DNA of 64,000 nucleotides from Verrucomicrobiaceae bacterium (GCA_051252135.1 JBPOGH010000002.1:1-64000), one strand, 5' to 3'; numbered from the stretch's first letter, positions 54,255 to 64,000 are shown. Translations and numbers: made by a program. Notes: generated from the sequence alone by a model not told the origin.

Positions 54255-57005
54255 TTACTTGATACGGAGGATGCCTTGCATGGCTTGCCAGTGGCCGGGG
54301 AAGGTGCAGATGTAGGGGTAGTCGCCGGGTTTTGAGGGGGCGCGGAAGTGGAGGGTGTGGTTTTTTCCGGGGTCGATGACGGGGATGATGTGGAGGACTT
54401 CGGAGAGGGCGGGGACGTAGTTTTTTTGGTCGGCCTTGGGGTCGTTAAGCATTTTGAAGGAGGCTTCTCCGACTTTTTGGGTGGCTCCGGGTGTTACGAT
54501 GACGAGGTTGTGAGGCATGACATCGGTGTTCTTGAGGCTGAGGGCGATGGCTTGGTCGGGTTTGGCGGTGAGGATTTTTTGTTTGTACTGGAGACCACCG
54601 ATGGCATCGACGGTGAGCTTGATGTGGCCTTCGAGGGGTTTGCCGGTGACGTTGTTTTGTTTCGGTTTGTTGGTGCCGCGATCGATGCGGAGGGCGATGG
54701 AGGTGGGCTTTTTCTTATGAAAAATTTCGACACCTTCGTGATTAAAATGGGGGGAGAGGTAGAGGGGGGAGGGGAAGAGGTCGGTTTTGAAGTCGTGGCC
54801 GTCGGCTGCGGTGAGGTGCATGCGGAGGTGGAGTTGCATGACGGGTTGGAGCCCGGGGATTTCGACGAAGAGGGAGGTTCCCTCATTTAAGAGGGTGACG
54901 GAGCGGATGGTGACGGGGTCGTGTCCGAGGGAGGCGGGGTTTTTGAGAGAGAACTCGGGGGAGCCGTAGCGTTTTTTGTATTCGTAGTTCCAGACTTGGC
55001 CGAAGTGGCGGTGGAGTTCTTTGGCGCTGGCGGCGAGGGGTTGGGTGAAGTCGATGCGGACGCCATTGGTGTGGACCTGGAAGCCGGAGGGTTTGTAGAC
55101 TTTTTGGCCGGTGTAGCGGACGCGGTGGAAGCAGCCGTCCTGGGTGGAGTAGTCGCCCCAGCCATCGAGGCCGACGAGGTAGAGTTGGCCGTCTTGAGGG
55201 TGGAATTTTCCACGCATGGAGCCGGCGAGGAATTCGCCCTCGAGGGGAACGGTGGCGCCTTGGGGGCGGGCGGCTTTGTCATCGCGGAGGATGAGGTAGT
55301 GGAGGCCGGACCCGTAGGAGAGGCCGAGGTGGGAACCTTTGAAGGGGCCCCATTTGTCGGAGGTGATCTCGACCATGCCGCCGACCGAGCCGTCGATGCC
55401 GCGGGGGATGTAGCAGAGGGGCGGGGAGATTTGGTTGGTCTTATCGGCGGAGCTGGGGAGGCCGTAGAATTCCCCCTGGTGGACTTCGATGATGGAGGAG
55501 GCGGGGGTCCAGGTGCCTTCCTGGGGGGCGACCCAGAAGTAGTCGGCGGAGCCGCCGATGCCCATGCAGTTGCGGACGCCGGAGCCTTGGATGACGGTCT
55601 TGCGGTCGGGGCCGGTGCGGAGGATGGCTTCGCGTTGGGTGAAGTGGAAGGAGCCATCGGAAGTACGATGAAGGCCGAAGGTGTGGGAGTGGGAGCGATC
55701 GTAGCCGCCGAAGTCGTTGGCGTAGTTCTCGTAGAAGTCGGCTTCGCCGTCGGCGTTGGTGTCGTGGAGGCGGTAGATTTGGCCGCGGTCGAGGACGAAG
55801 ATGCCGTCGTGATCGATGTGGATGCCGACGGGTTGGTTGAGGCCGGTGGCGAAGCGACGCCAGGTGACATTTTGGAGGGAGTCATCGATGCCGGAGACGA
55901 GCCAGACGTCGCCGGGGAGGGTGCAGACGAGGGCGTCGCCATTGGGGAAAAAGTCGATGCCGCTGAGTTGCATGACGTTTTGGTAGGGGTTGTTGAAGGG
56001 GACTGTGAGGGTGTCGACGAGGTAGGCGGAATCGGGGCGGGGTTTGCCGAGGGTGCCGGGGGATTTGAGGGTTTCGGTCCAGCGGCGGGTGGGTTTGCGG
56101 TCGGCGGTGAGGTGGGTGATTCCGGCATCGAATGACAGGTCGAGGCCGAGCTTATTGACTTGGGCGATGATGACGGAGGCTCCAGCGGTGGCGCTCTTCA
56201 GGGAGAGGATGCCGTTGCTGAGGGCGGCTTCGACATTTTGGGAGGAGACGATGGAGGTGTGTAGATCGTTGCCGAGGGGGAGGTCGAGGTGGCCGGTGGG
56301 GGAGAGATCGAGGCGGCGGTAGAAGACGTTTGTTTCGGCCCATGGTTCGTCCTGGAGGGTGACGTCGCCGAGTTGGTATTTGAAGACGATGCGTTTGCCG
56401 TAGCGGTGGAAGCCGAGGTAGGTGGCGTCGGCCGGGGCGGTGGCATTTTCAGAGGCGAACCAAGGGGTGCCTTCGATGAGGGCGTTGCGCGAGGTGCCCC
56501 AGCGGAAGCCGTGGAACCCGACGAAGCCGTCCTGCCAGACGGTGCGGTAGCTGAGGGTTTGGGGGTCGAAGCAGGCGGAGAGTTCGCGGTCTTCGCCGAG
56601 GCGGATGTTGATGCCCTTGAGGACGACGAGTTTTTTGTAGCGGGTGACGTGGGTGAAGTGCTCGCCGAGTTCGATGTCGTTCCAGCGGGTGTCGCTGTGG
56701 TTGTTCTGGTTGTGTTTTCCCCAGTGGCCGTGGAGGCCGGCGTCGAGTCCGGGGTAGGCGGGGATGGTTTCGGGGACGGGCCCGGAGCTGGCCATGAAGA
56801 AGTCGGCCTGGCGTTGGTAGAAGTCGTAGAGGCGGGCTTCGTTGACTGTTTTATCGGCGAGTTGGTAGCCATCGCGACCGCCTTTTGGGTCGGCGTAAGG
56901 GTGAAGGTCGGGCTTGGCGGCGCCTCCGGATTCCTGGGCGGAGAGGGTTCCGCAAATGGTTGAAGAGAAGGCGAGGGCGAGCGAAAGGAGGCGGGATGAG
57001 GACAT
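54255..57005 (-). CDS. Secreted DUF6797/beta-propeller protein with a C-terminal azurin-type cupredoxin domain
   Basis: Signal peptide; FATGL.QP.G and RLHDTNADGEADFYE; type-1 Cu ligands HNLV...CTFPGH..AM. Confidence 0.85.
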   Translation of the reverse strand: MSSSRLLSLALAFSSTICGTLSAQESGGAAKPDLHPYADPKGGRDGYQLADKTVNEARLYDFYQRQADFFMASSGPVPETIPAYPGLDAGLHGHWGKHNQNNHSDTRWNDIELGEHFTHVTRYKKLVVLKGINIRLGEDRELSACFDPQTLSYRTVWQDGFVGFHGFRWGTSRNALIEGTPWFASENATAPADATYLGFHRYGKRIVFKYQLGDVTLQDEPWAETNVFYRRLDLSPTGHLDLPLGNDLHTSIVSSQNVEAALSNGILSLKSATAGASVIIAQVNKLGLDLSFDAGITHLTADRKPTRRWTETLKSPGTLGKPRPDSAYLVDTLTVPFNNPYQNVMQLSGIDFFPNGDALVCTLPGDVWLVSGIDDSLQNVTWRRFATGLNQPVGIHIDHDGIFVLDRGQIYRLHDTNADGEADFYENYANDFGGYDRSHSHTFGLHRTSDGSFHFTQREAILRTGPDRKTVIQGSGVRNCMGIGGSADYFWVAPQEGTWTPASSIIEVHQGEFYGLPSSADKTNQISPPLCYIPRGIDGSVGGMVEITSDKWGPFKGSHLGLSYGSGLHYLILRDDKAARPQGATVPLEGEFLAGSMRGKFHPQDGQLYLVGLDGWGDYSTQDGCFHRVRYTGQKVYKPSGFQVHTNGVRIDFTQPLAASAKELHRHFGQVWNYEYKKRYGSPEFSLKNPASLGHDPVTIRSVTLLNEGTSLFVEIPGLQPVMQLHLRMHLTAADGHDFKTDLFPSPLYLSPHFNHEGVEIFHKKKPTSIALRIDRGTNKPKQNNVTGKPLEGHIKLTVDAIGGLQYKQKILTAKPDQAIALSLKNTDVMPHNLVIVTPGATQKVGEASFKMLNDPKADQKNYVPALSEVLHIIPVIDPGKNHTLHFRAPSKPGDYPYICTFPGHWQAMQGILRIK

Positions 57006-57085
57006 GGGCGATGGAAGGGCAAGGATACGGAGTGGTGGCGGTGATCCTTGCAGGGATCTCCGGGCCACCACGGCCATCCTGATCC

Positions 57086-60000
57086 TTACTCGGCGACCGA
57101 GATCACGCGCCAGAATTTTTTAGTTCCGGTCGCTCCGCCGACATCGATGAGGCCATCGTTGCCGCCGGTGGCGACGACCTGTGCGCCTTGGGTTTGCCAG
57201 TTTTCGAGATCCAGACTCGATTGCAGTTGATAGGTGATGTTGGCCTCGCCGCGGAAGCGGATGACGACATTGTTTCCGGAGATGAGAAGGTCGAGGATTT
57301 CCGCCTTAGCTCCTTCGTAGAACTGTCCGAAGATTTCGAACTCCTCTTCGATCCGGCCTTGCTGGTCATCGTCTCCGGACCAGACCGCAAGCAATCGGCC
57401 GTTCGAGGAATTGACGCCGACCATGGGGGTGTGGGCATTGAAGTTTGGATCGTTATCAGGGCCCATATCGCTGAGGAAGAAGTTGGAGGTTCCAATCGGA
57501 TTCGCGACCACGGGCGAGAGCAATTGGCCGCGAATCTCCGAGCCATCTCCGGCTCCGAGGGGGATCGATTCCCAAACGACGATGTAGTCGCCACGGACGG
57601 GATCGTAGGCACAGGAGGGGTTGACTGCGGTAGCATCCGGCGCATCACTGATGGTGAAGATATCGGACGATTCGGGAATGCCCTCGAAATAGAAGCGGCC
57701 GTGGATCTGGATGTCTCCGAGCGAAGCGGCGTCGGCCTGCCAGACGACGAGGAAGCCGTTTTCAGCGTCGGCATCGAGGCTTGCGCAGACGGCGGGATTT
57801 TGCGCAGTGCGACCGGAGTCATTGTTGGGGAGGGTGGTGCTGATCTTGATGATCGAAAGGGGTTGTCCGGTCTGGCCACTGACGCGGCGTCCGTAGATTT
57901 CGTATTTGTCATCCAAGGCTCCCCCATCGGCCTGCCAGACTGCGAGGAAGTCCACTCCGTTGAAAGCGACCGAGGGATTCAAGGCATCGCGATCGGCATT
58001 TCCATCGGTCGAGGTGGCGCTGAGGCGAAAATCATCCAGACCGACCTCGGCCGCGTCGGGGCCATTGAGATGTTGACCGTAGATTTCAAATTCGTTGTTC
58101 ACCAATGAGCCGGTATCGGAGTCGGATTCCCACACGACGAGATATTGATTGGTGAGGTGGTTGTAGGCCACGTCGGGGTTGGCGCCATCGATCTGATTGT
58201 TGCCGCGGGTTCCGACGTCACTGATCCGCGTTTCATCGGTCAGGAATTCTCCGGTGCCACCGTTCATGCGTCGCACGAAGATCTCGGTTTCCGAGCCACT
58301 AAATCCGTTGTCGGATCGACTGAAGCCTGCCCAGACGACAAGGAACTCGTTGTCCGTTTCATTGTAAGCGGCAGCGGGGTCCTGGTTTTCCCCGATGGCG
58401 GAGCCTCCACCGCTGCTTTGATCGATGATGAAATCATCCTCGTGAAGTCGTGCGCCGGTGGTGCCATCGATGCGGTTTCCGAAAATTCTTTCAAGCGCAA
58501 AGGCGCCGCCGGCTCCGGGGTTTTCCCAGACAACGAGAAAGCAATCGTCAGTTGAATTGTAAGCGAGGGCCGGGACGAAGGCGTCACTGATGTTATCGCC
58601 ATCACTGCCGGCATTGCTGATCCGGGCGTCATTGGATCCCACTTCCAAAAGACCGCCATCCACGGATGCCAATTGGACAAAGATTTCCTCTTCCTCCGGG
58701 AAGAGGCCGAATTGATCATCATTACCCGACCAGGCGAGGAATATCCGGGCACCCGGACCGCTGGCCAAGGCCAAGGGGGCTTCGGGGCCAAAGGTGTCGT
58801 CCCCATCCGGACCGAGGTCAGTCATTCGGGTGTTGGATCCGAGAGCCGAACCGCTGGCGCCGTCGATGACCTGTCCGACGATTTCCTCTTCCCGGCCACC
58901 TCCACCGAAATCCTCCGATGCGCGCCAAGTGACGACGAAGGCCTTTTGGTCATCCTGGTAGATGACCTTGGGATCGGTAGCGGAGTCCGCCGAGGTGCCG
59001 TCGTCATTTCCGAAGAAGCTGATTCTGAAATCATCTGCGCCCACTTCCACACCGGTTGCGTCGGCGATGAGCTGGCCGTAGATTTCGTTCTCGTTGTTTG
59101 CGAGGGAGCCGACGCCGGTGTCGGCCTCCCAGACGACGAGAAAGCGGTCCTGGTTCGGGTCATAGGCCGCTGTCGGAGCGCCGGCATCCGCACCGGTGTC
59201 GCCATCTGTGCCGACACTGCTGATGCGGAAGTCATTGGGGCCCATCTCCGCCATGGTCACGGCATCCACGAGTTGACCGAAGATTTCCTGTTCGCCATTT
59301 ACCAATCCCCCGGACAAATCATCGCCCTCCCAGACGACGAGAAAGCGTCCGGCATCACTGTATGCGATGGCCGGATTGAGGGCATCATAGCCTCCGTCTC
59401 CGTCCGGTCCCATGTCGCTGAAGCGAACGGTGCCTCCGATGCGAAATCCGGAGCCGTTGAGGAAGTGACCGAAGATTTCGTTTTCGTTTCTGATCAGGCC
59501 GCCGCTTTGTTGGTAGCCGCTCCAGACAATCAGATAGCGGTTGGTCTCGGGGGAATACGAGAGGGCCGGGTTAACAGTGCCTTCGTTTTCGTCATCGTTG
59601 ACCATGAAGGCGTCCCCAATTTTGGCTCCGGTTTCGGCAAGGAGTCGTTGGCCTCTGATCTCGCTGGATGAGGTGGTCCAAACGACGAGGTATTCACCTG
59701 CGGCGGAATTGTAAGCCACGGCGGGTTGGCGGGGATAGACCGAATTGGTGTCACCATCCTCAAAGGTATCGCTGATGGCGAATTGGAGGTCGCCGACCAA
59801 CGCTCCGGTGGTGGCATCGATTCGTTGACCGAAGATCTCAATCTCATTGAGGAGGCGTTCGCCCACCATGCCATCGGCACTCCAGACGATGAAGTATTCG
59901 TTTCGGTTTGCATTGTAGACGACGGCAGGTTCTTCCGCGCGGAAATACTTGGCGAAGTCGTCCACCGAGTGGCTCACCCGGAAGTCATTGGTTCCGATTT

Positions 60001-60742
60001 CGGGGTCGACGGTCACCGGATAGGAGGCGAGGGCGAGCACGTCACCGGCGACGAAGATTTTCGTTCCTTCTGCGGTCGCCGTCATTTGGGCAGGGAGCTT
60101 CTTACCATCGGCATCAAACACGGTGACGCCTCCCAAGCTGACGACTCCGCCATTTTGAGAACGCCAGAGCCAACCTTGGGGGTGTTCTTCAAAGGTGCCG
60201 TCGCAACGGATTTCCCCCGAGACAACGAAGTCTGCACTCTGAGGTTCGTGAAGAATGAAGCGCTGCTCGACGCAATCGATCTTCGCGAGGTATTCCTCGG
60301 TAACTCCTTCACGGGAATAGTGGATGACGGGGGAGGGGGCTGCTTTGTGGTCGGGAATGACCGGGGCGGCCGAGGTGTTTTGCCAATTCCAAACGGGACC
60401 ACCGAGGCGGGGGGTGAAGGTGAGGCCATCGGGAGCGAACTCGACCAGGTGTCGGGGATGGGTCAGTTGCAGGCGGTGGTCCTGTTGGGAAATTTTGTTT
60501 ACGGCAATGGTGGTGGCCTGTTCGACACTGATCCCGGACTTGCTCCGTACCACCGGGGATTGGGCGGGGAGTGCCGGAGAGGGGGTGATGGTGCTTTGTT
60601 CCGCATGAGTGACCGGTGCGGGTGCGGGGGTGTGCTCCTGTCGGTCCAAGAGGAGGACGGCTGCGATGCCGGCCAGGATGATCAGGGACAAGCGGCAAAG
60701 ATATTTTCTGCCCGCGCGGGAATTGAATCGTTGTGAACTCAT
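57086..60742 (-). CDS. Large acidic secreted protein with 14 beta-propeller-like repeats and a C-terminal SxDLxxW domain
   Basis: N-terminal TM segment, a domain ending YPVTVDP, 14 repeats P..AY...FLVVW...EI.GQ, then YQLQSSLDLENW...KFWRV. Confidence 0.85.
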   Translation of the reverse strand: MSSQRFNSRAGRKYLCRLSLIILAGIAAVLLLDRQEHTPAPAPVTHAEQSTITPSPALPAQSPVVRSKSGISVEQATTIAVNKISQQDHRLQLTHPRHLVEFAPDGLTFTPRLGGPVWNWQNTSAAPVIPDHKAAPSPVIHYSREGVTEEYLAKIDCVEQRFILHEPQSADFVVSGEIRCDGTFEEHPQGWLWRSQNGGVVSLGGVTVFDADGKKLPAQMTATAEGTKIFVAGDVLALASYPVTVDPEIGTNDFRVSHSVDDFAKYFRAEEPAVVYNANRNEYFIVWSADGMVGERLLNEIEIFGQRIDATTGALVGDLQFAISDTFEDGDTNSVYPRQPAVAYNSAAGEYLVVWTTSSSEIRGQRLLAETGAKIGDAFMVNDDENEGTVNPALSYSPETNRYLIVWSGYQQSGGLIRNENEIFGHFLNGSGFRIGGTVRFSDMGPDGDGGYDALNPAIAYSDAGRFLVVWEGDDLSGGLVNGEQEIFGQLVDAVTMAEMGPNDFRISSVGTDGDTGADAGAPTAAYDPNQDRFLVVWEADTGVGSLANNENEIYGQLIADATGVEVGADDFRISFFGNDDGTSADSATDPKVIYQDDQKAFVVTWRASEDFGGGGREEEIVGQVIDGASGSALGSNTRMTDLGPDGDDTFGPEAPLALASGPGARIFLAWSGNDDQFGLFPEEEEIFVQLASVDGGLLEVGSNDARISNAGSDGDNISDAFVPALAYNSTDDCFLVVWENPGAGGAFALERIFGNRIDGTTGARLHEDDFIIDQSSGGGSAIGENQDPAAAYNETDNEFLVVWAGFSRSDNGFSGSETEIFVRRMNGGTGEFLTDETRISDVGTRGNNQIDGANPDVAYNHLTNQYLVVWESDSDTGSLVNNEFEIYGQHLNGPDAAEVGLDDFRLSATSTDGNADRDALNPSVAFNGVDFLAVWQADGGALDDKYEIYGRRVSGQTGQPLSIIKISTTLPNNDSGRTAQNPAVCASLDADAENGFLVVWQADAASLGDIQIHGRFYFEGIPESSDIFTISDAPDATAVNPSCAYDPVRGDYIVVWESIPLGAGDGSEIRGQLLSPVVANPIGTSNFFLSDMGPDNDPNFNAHTPMVGVNSSNGRLLAVWSGDDDQQGRIEEEFEIFGQFYEGAKAEILDLLISGNNVVIRFRGEANITYQLQSSLDLENWQTQGAQVVATGGNDGLIDVGGATGTKKFWRVISVAE

Positions 60743-60970
60743 GACTAACTGCACTAAAAACCACAAATAAGGGCTGCCGAAGGGTTAGGGAAGCCTTGAC
60801 TCATTTCACAGCAGAAAGGAGACCAACACGATCTTTCCCGGTATCTGACCTACAAATTGGGTGGAACAGGGGGTGGCCGGGGAATGAGCGTTGCACAGTT
60901 TTCTTGAGGCGGACATTTCCCTGTTTAGCGTATGATAATGATTGCCCCTTTGAGCCCTTTGAAGATTTCC

Positions 60971-61936
60971 ATGTTCACCCGAAGCGTGTTGGTGGTGCTT
61001 TCGGGGTTTCTATTTTCTCTGGCGGGAGCCGATGAGTTGACGGGTGATTGGACGCTTAAGATGGAATCGGGGAATCCGGGTTGGTTGAGTATCGCGAGAG
61101 AGGAGGGGAAAGCGGTGGTGAGGATGCGGGTGCATGTGGGATCGGATGGTCCCCACACCGGGGTGACGGAAGAGGACGGGCGGCTTTCGTTTACGATGCG
61201 CCAGAACAAGAAGGCGAAGGGGAGCAAGACCGTCGAGGTGGGGCTGAAGGACGGGAAGCTGGAGGGGGTGTTGATTGTGACCTCGAAGGATGGGGTGGTG
61301 AAGCGTGATCCTTTTGTGGGGAAGAAGATGCCGCCGATGCCGGCTGCGCCACCTGATTTGGAGAAGGTGAAGTTCGGGGTGCCGGTTTCGATTTTCAACG
61401 GGAAGGATTTGACGGGGTGGCGACCGCACGAGGCGGACAAGATCAATGGTTGGGGGGTGAAGGACGGGTTGTTGGTGAATACGACTCCGAAGACGGATTT
61501 CAGTGCGACGGGGGCGTATGCGAATCTGCGGACGGAAGCGGTTTATGAGGACTTCCGGCTGCACATCGAGTTCCTGATTGAAGAGGGGCGGAACAGCGGG
61601 GTTTATTTACGGGGGATGTATGAGGCGCAGGTGGTGGACCGGGATAGCCGGATGCAGGGGGTGCAGGGAGTGGGCTCCATTTTTGGGAGGATTGCGCCGT
61701 CCAAGAACGCCGGGAAAAAGGGAGGGGAGTGGCAGAGTTATGATCTGACTTTGGTGGATCGGCACGTCACGGTGGTTCTCAACGGGGAGAAGGTGATTGA
61801 TAACCAGCCGGTGCACGGGCCGACGGGAGGGGCGGTGTTTACGGATCCGACCCAGCCGGGGCCGATCCATTTGCAGGGCGATCACACGAGTGTGGCTTAC
61901 CGGAACATTACTCTCGCCCCGGTGATCAAGGACTAG
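60971..61936 (+). CDS. DUF1080 / 3-keto-disaccharide hydrolase
   Basis: Signal peptide; IFNGKDLTGW, NSGVYLRG.YE.Q, GEWQ and LQGDH..V.YRNI. Confidence 0.9.
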   Translation: MFTRSVLVVLSGFLFSLAGADELTGDWTLKMESGNPGWLSIAREEGKAVVRMRVHVGSDGPHTGVTEEDGRLSFTMRQNKKAKGSKTVEVGLKDGKLEGVLIVTSKDGVVKRDPFVGKKMPPMPAAPPDLEKVKFGVPVSIFNGKDLTGWRPHEADKINGWGVKDGLLVNTTPKTDFSATGAYANLRTEAVYEDFRLHIEFLIEEGRNSGVYLRGMYEAQVVDRDSRMQGVQGVGSIFGRIAPSKNAGKKGGEWQSYDLTLVDRHVTVVLNGEKVIDNQPVHGPTGGAVFTDPTQPGPIHLQGDHTSVAYRNITLAPVIKD

Positions 61937-61973
61937 GTGGGATCGAGGTAGGGGGGAGGATTGGTAGTAGGTG

Positions 61974-62117
61974 GGCCTCAAGAAGCCCGGTGAGGACAGC
62001 CGGAAGGACTTCCAAAAGAACTTTCCCGGCGCGAGCGAGGAGCAGAAGAAGGGAGTCTGCGATGAGGTGGCCAAGGGGAATTATTTTTCCAAGGTCTTCA
62101 CCGGTATCACCTCCGCC
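61974..62117 (+). pseudogene. Internal remnant of a gluconate-2-DH subunit 3 paralog
   Basis: GLKKPGEDSRKDFQKNF...QKKGVCDEVAKGNYFSKVFTGITS aligns without gaps to 43575-43718 (26/48 aa identical by hand). In-frame stops lie just upstream. Confidence 0.75.
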
Positions 62118-62203
62118 ACTCCGGAGATTGCCCTCCCGCTTGGCTGACCAGAGTTGACAACTGAATCCTGGCCCCCAGCTTGCAGACGGCGTTATGCCGA
62201 CAA

Positions 62204-62653
62204 ATGGCTGATATCAACGAGCGGGGGAATCCTGCCTACCCTTGGCACAACCAAGACGACAACCCCTGCACGAGTTGCGGCGCCTGCTGTGCCACCTACC
62301 GGGTGTCATTCTACGGTGGCGAATGTGATGACTCACCATGGGGCACAGTGCCGGTCGGCCTGACTGATTCCCTCACCCATTCCCGGCAGGTGATGAAGGG
62401 GACCAATCAAAAAAATCCCCGCTGCGTGGCGCTCACCGGAGAGATTGGGCAATGCGTTGGTTGTGAGATTCATGCGGTGCGATCTTCGGTCTGCCGTGAT
62501 TTCCCTCCTTCCTGGGAAGCGGGCATTCACAATCCCGACTGTGATCAAGCCCGTCTCGCCCACGGACTAGAGCCTTTGGAAAACCCAAAGATCCTCCCGC
62601 TCGCCCCGGACGACCAACCCACTACGCCACGCCCTCCCAAACGAGTCGCGTGA
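62204..62653 (+). CDS. YkgJ family cysteine-cluster (CxxCxxCC) protein
   Basis: CTSCGACC, RC.AL.G..G..V.C.I...R...CRDF and CD.AR..HGL. Confidence 0.88.
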   Translation: MADINERGNPAYPWHNQDDNPCTSCGACCATYRVSFYGGECDDSPWGTVPVGLTDSLTHSRQVMKGTNQKNPRCVALTGEIGQCVGCEIHAVRSSVCRDFPPSWEAGIHNPDCDQARLAHGLEPLENPKILPLAPDDQPTTPRPPKRVA

Positions 62654-62721
62654 ATTTCAGACCTCCGAAGGTGGCGGAGTTTTTGGATACGTTTGTGTCG
62701 GGTTGGCCGGGGAGTCTCTTT

Positions 62722-64000
62722 TTATTTGGAGGGGGTGAAGATGATTCTTCGGTAGGCGGACAGGTTGTGGGTGCCGTTGTCGGTGATCTCGCAGATGAGA
62801 TGGAAGCTCTTGCCGGCGGAGTCGGAGGGGACTTTGAGGGTGACGCGGCTTGAGTTGCTTTGCTCGAGGTCGATCTTGCCCTGGTAGGTGCCGGCCTCGG
62901 AGAGGACCCACCATTTGAAGGTGAGTTCGTCGCCGTCGGGGTCGTGTGATTTTGAGGCGTCGAGGGTGAGGGTGGATCCTTGTTGGGGGGATTTTGTGAG
63001 GATGTTGAGTCCGGCGTCGTCATCGATGACGGCGACGGGGTTCTTGTTTCCCTTGCCGTCCTTTGCCCAGTCCATGCGGGCGGCGAAATTCCGGAAGGTG
63101 GCGGGGTAGAAGTAGCTTTGATACTTTGAGGAGGTGCCGGCGGCGGAACCACGGTGGTTTTGATAGGCTTTGGTGGTGCCGTCCTTGCAGGTGGCGAACT
63201 CGAAGTAACCGCCCCAGCCAACGTGGTTGGGGGATTCGGGGTCGTTGAGTCCGTTGGGGATGAGGTGGAGGAAGGCGGGGGTGTCTCCTTCGACGCCGTA
63301 TTTGTATTTCGGGTAGCGTTTTCCGAGGTTTCCGTGGCCTTGAATGTGGGTGGCGTAGTGGGTCCAGTTTTTTCGGCCGGTTCCGTTTTGGTGTTTCCAG
63401 GCGCTCTCGTCCCAGATGAAGAAGAGGTCCTTTTCGAACTGTTGGCGCATCCAGGAGTGTGAGCTTTCCTGCCAGTCGATGACATTGCCGGACTTCTGTT
63501 TCCCGTCCTGATCGGTGATGGTGTAGACGCGGAGTTTGTTGAGGAAGGCTTGGAGTTCCTCCTTGCTGCGGGTTTCCTGTACCTGCCAGATGGCCTGGGC
63601 GAGGGTGTTGCCGCCCCCCCAGACCGAGATCCAGAGCGGGCGGTCATCTTTTTCATCGGCGAGCTTGATGATGAAGTCGCTGCCGGGGGAGCGGTTGTCC
63701 TTTCCGATGAACTTTTGGCCGCGATGTTTGCTGCCCATCATGCTTCGTTCCCTCAGGTAGTCCGGGCCCGGCCAGTAGCCGATCTGCTGGGTGCCGGAAT
63801 CGTGGAGATGGTCTTTTTGGCCCGAGCGTTTCAGGAGATTGGGGAGGTCCTTTTGGTAGAGGTCGATGGCTTCGTGAATCAATTGGTAGTAGTCCTCCCG
63901 GGCGGTGCTGGCGCTCCAGCCGGTGGAGTGGATGAGCCCTTCGATTTCGAAGAGGTCGGCATGGACGAGGAGACGGATGATGGATTCCATGTCGTCCGGT
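62722..64000 (-). CDS. DUF1593 (nucleoside-hydrolase-like) protein, 5' end outside window
   Basis: DDMES..RLL..AD.FEIEG, WGGGNTLAQA, I.DQD, EGDTP.F and WGG; C-terminal PKD-like S.DPDGD. Confidence 0.85.
   Translation of the reverse strand, partial: PDDMESIIRLLVHADLFEIEGLIHSTGWSASTAREDYYQLIHEAIDLYQKDLPNLLKRSGQKDHLHDSGTQQIGYWPGPDYLRERSMMGSKHRGQKFIGKDNRSPGSDFIIKLADEKDDRPLWISVWGGGNTLAQAIWQVQETRSKEELQAFLNKLRVYTITDQDGKQKSGNVIDWQESSHSWMRQQFEKDLFFIWDESAWKHQNGTGRKNWTHYATHIQGHGNLGKRYPKYKYGVEGDTPAFLHLIPNGLNDPESPNHVGWGGYFEFATCKDGTTKAYQNHRGSAAGTSSKYQSYFYPATFRNFAARMDWAKDGKGNKNPVAVIDDDAGLNILTKSPQQGSTLTLDASKSHDPDGDELTFKWWVLSEAGTYQGKIDLEQSNSSRVTLKVPSDSAGKSFHLICEITDNGTHNLSAYRRIIFTPSK

Overview
A 64-kb gene-dense bacterial chromosomal segment. 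It is most likely from a heterotrophic, probably aquatic or marine, Verrucomicrobiota member. This is inferred from two PEP-CTERM proteins, four sulfatase genes (five domains), GH16, DUF1080, DUF3500 and DUF6807 genes, and zwf-opcA. The + strand is extremely G-rich regardless of gene orientation, which generates many spurious antisense ORFs. Core content: sulfated-glycan and sugar catabolism, a DUF1537-kinase acid-sugar cluster, zwf-opcA, lpxA, rsgA, an MBL-nuclease/ATP-dependent DNA ligase fusion, a DUF433/DUF5615 toxin-antitoxin pair, and a tail-collar/GNAT/DUF6916 module. The strongest candidate for an undescribed system is a 7-gene operon at 45222-54149, of which six genes overlap their neighbours. 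It encodes a class I HMG-CoA reductase-like enzyme, a UbiA prenyltransferase, an RPH-like phospho-His dikinase, a DUF3419/BtaA-like SAM aminocarboxypropyl transferase, a polyprenol-kinase-like membrane protein, a GNAT and an OleC-like adenylating enzyme, and probably makes an unknown lipid or prenylated metabolite. Non-coding signals include a candidate structured sRNA (34104-34210), two 381-bp composite spacers with shared ends, REP-like palindromes, an 18-copy heptamer tract, and several gene remnants. I recognised no rRNA, tRNA or CRISPR array. Family assignments come from motif recognition by eye, not database searches.
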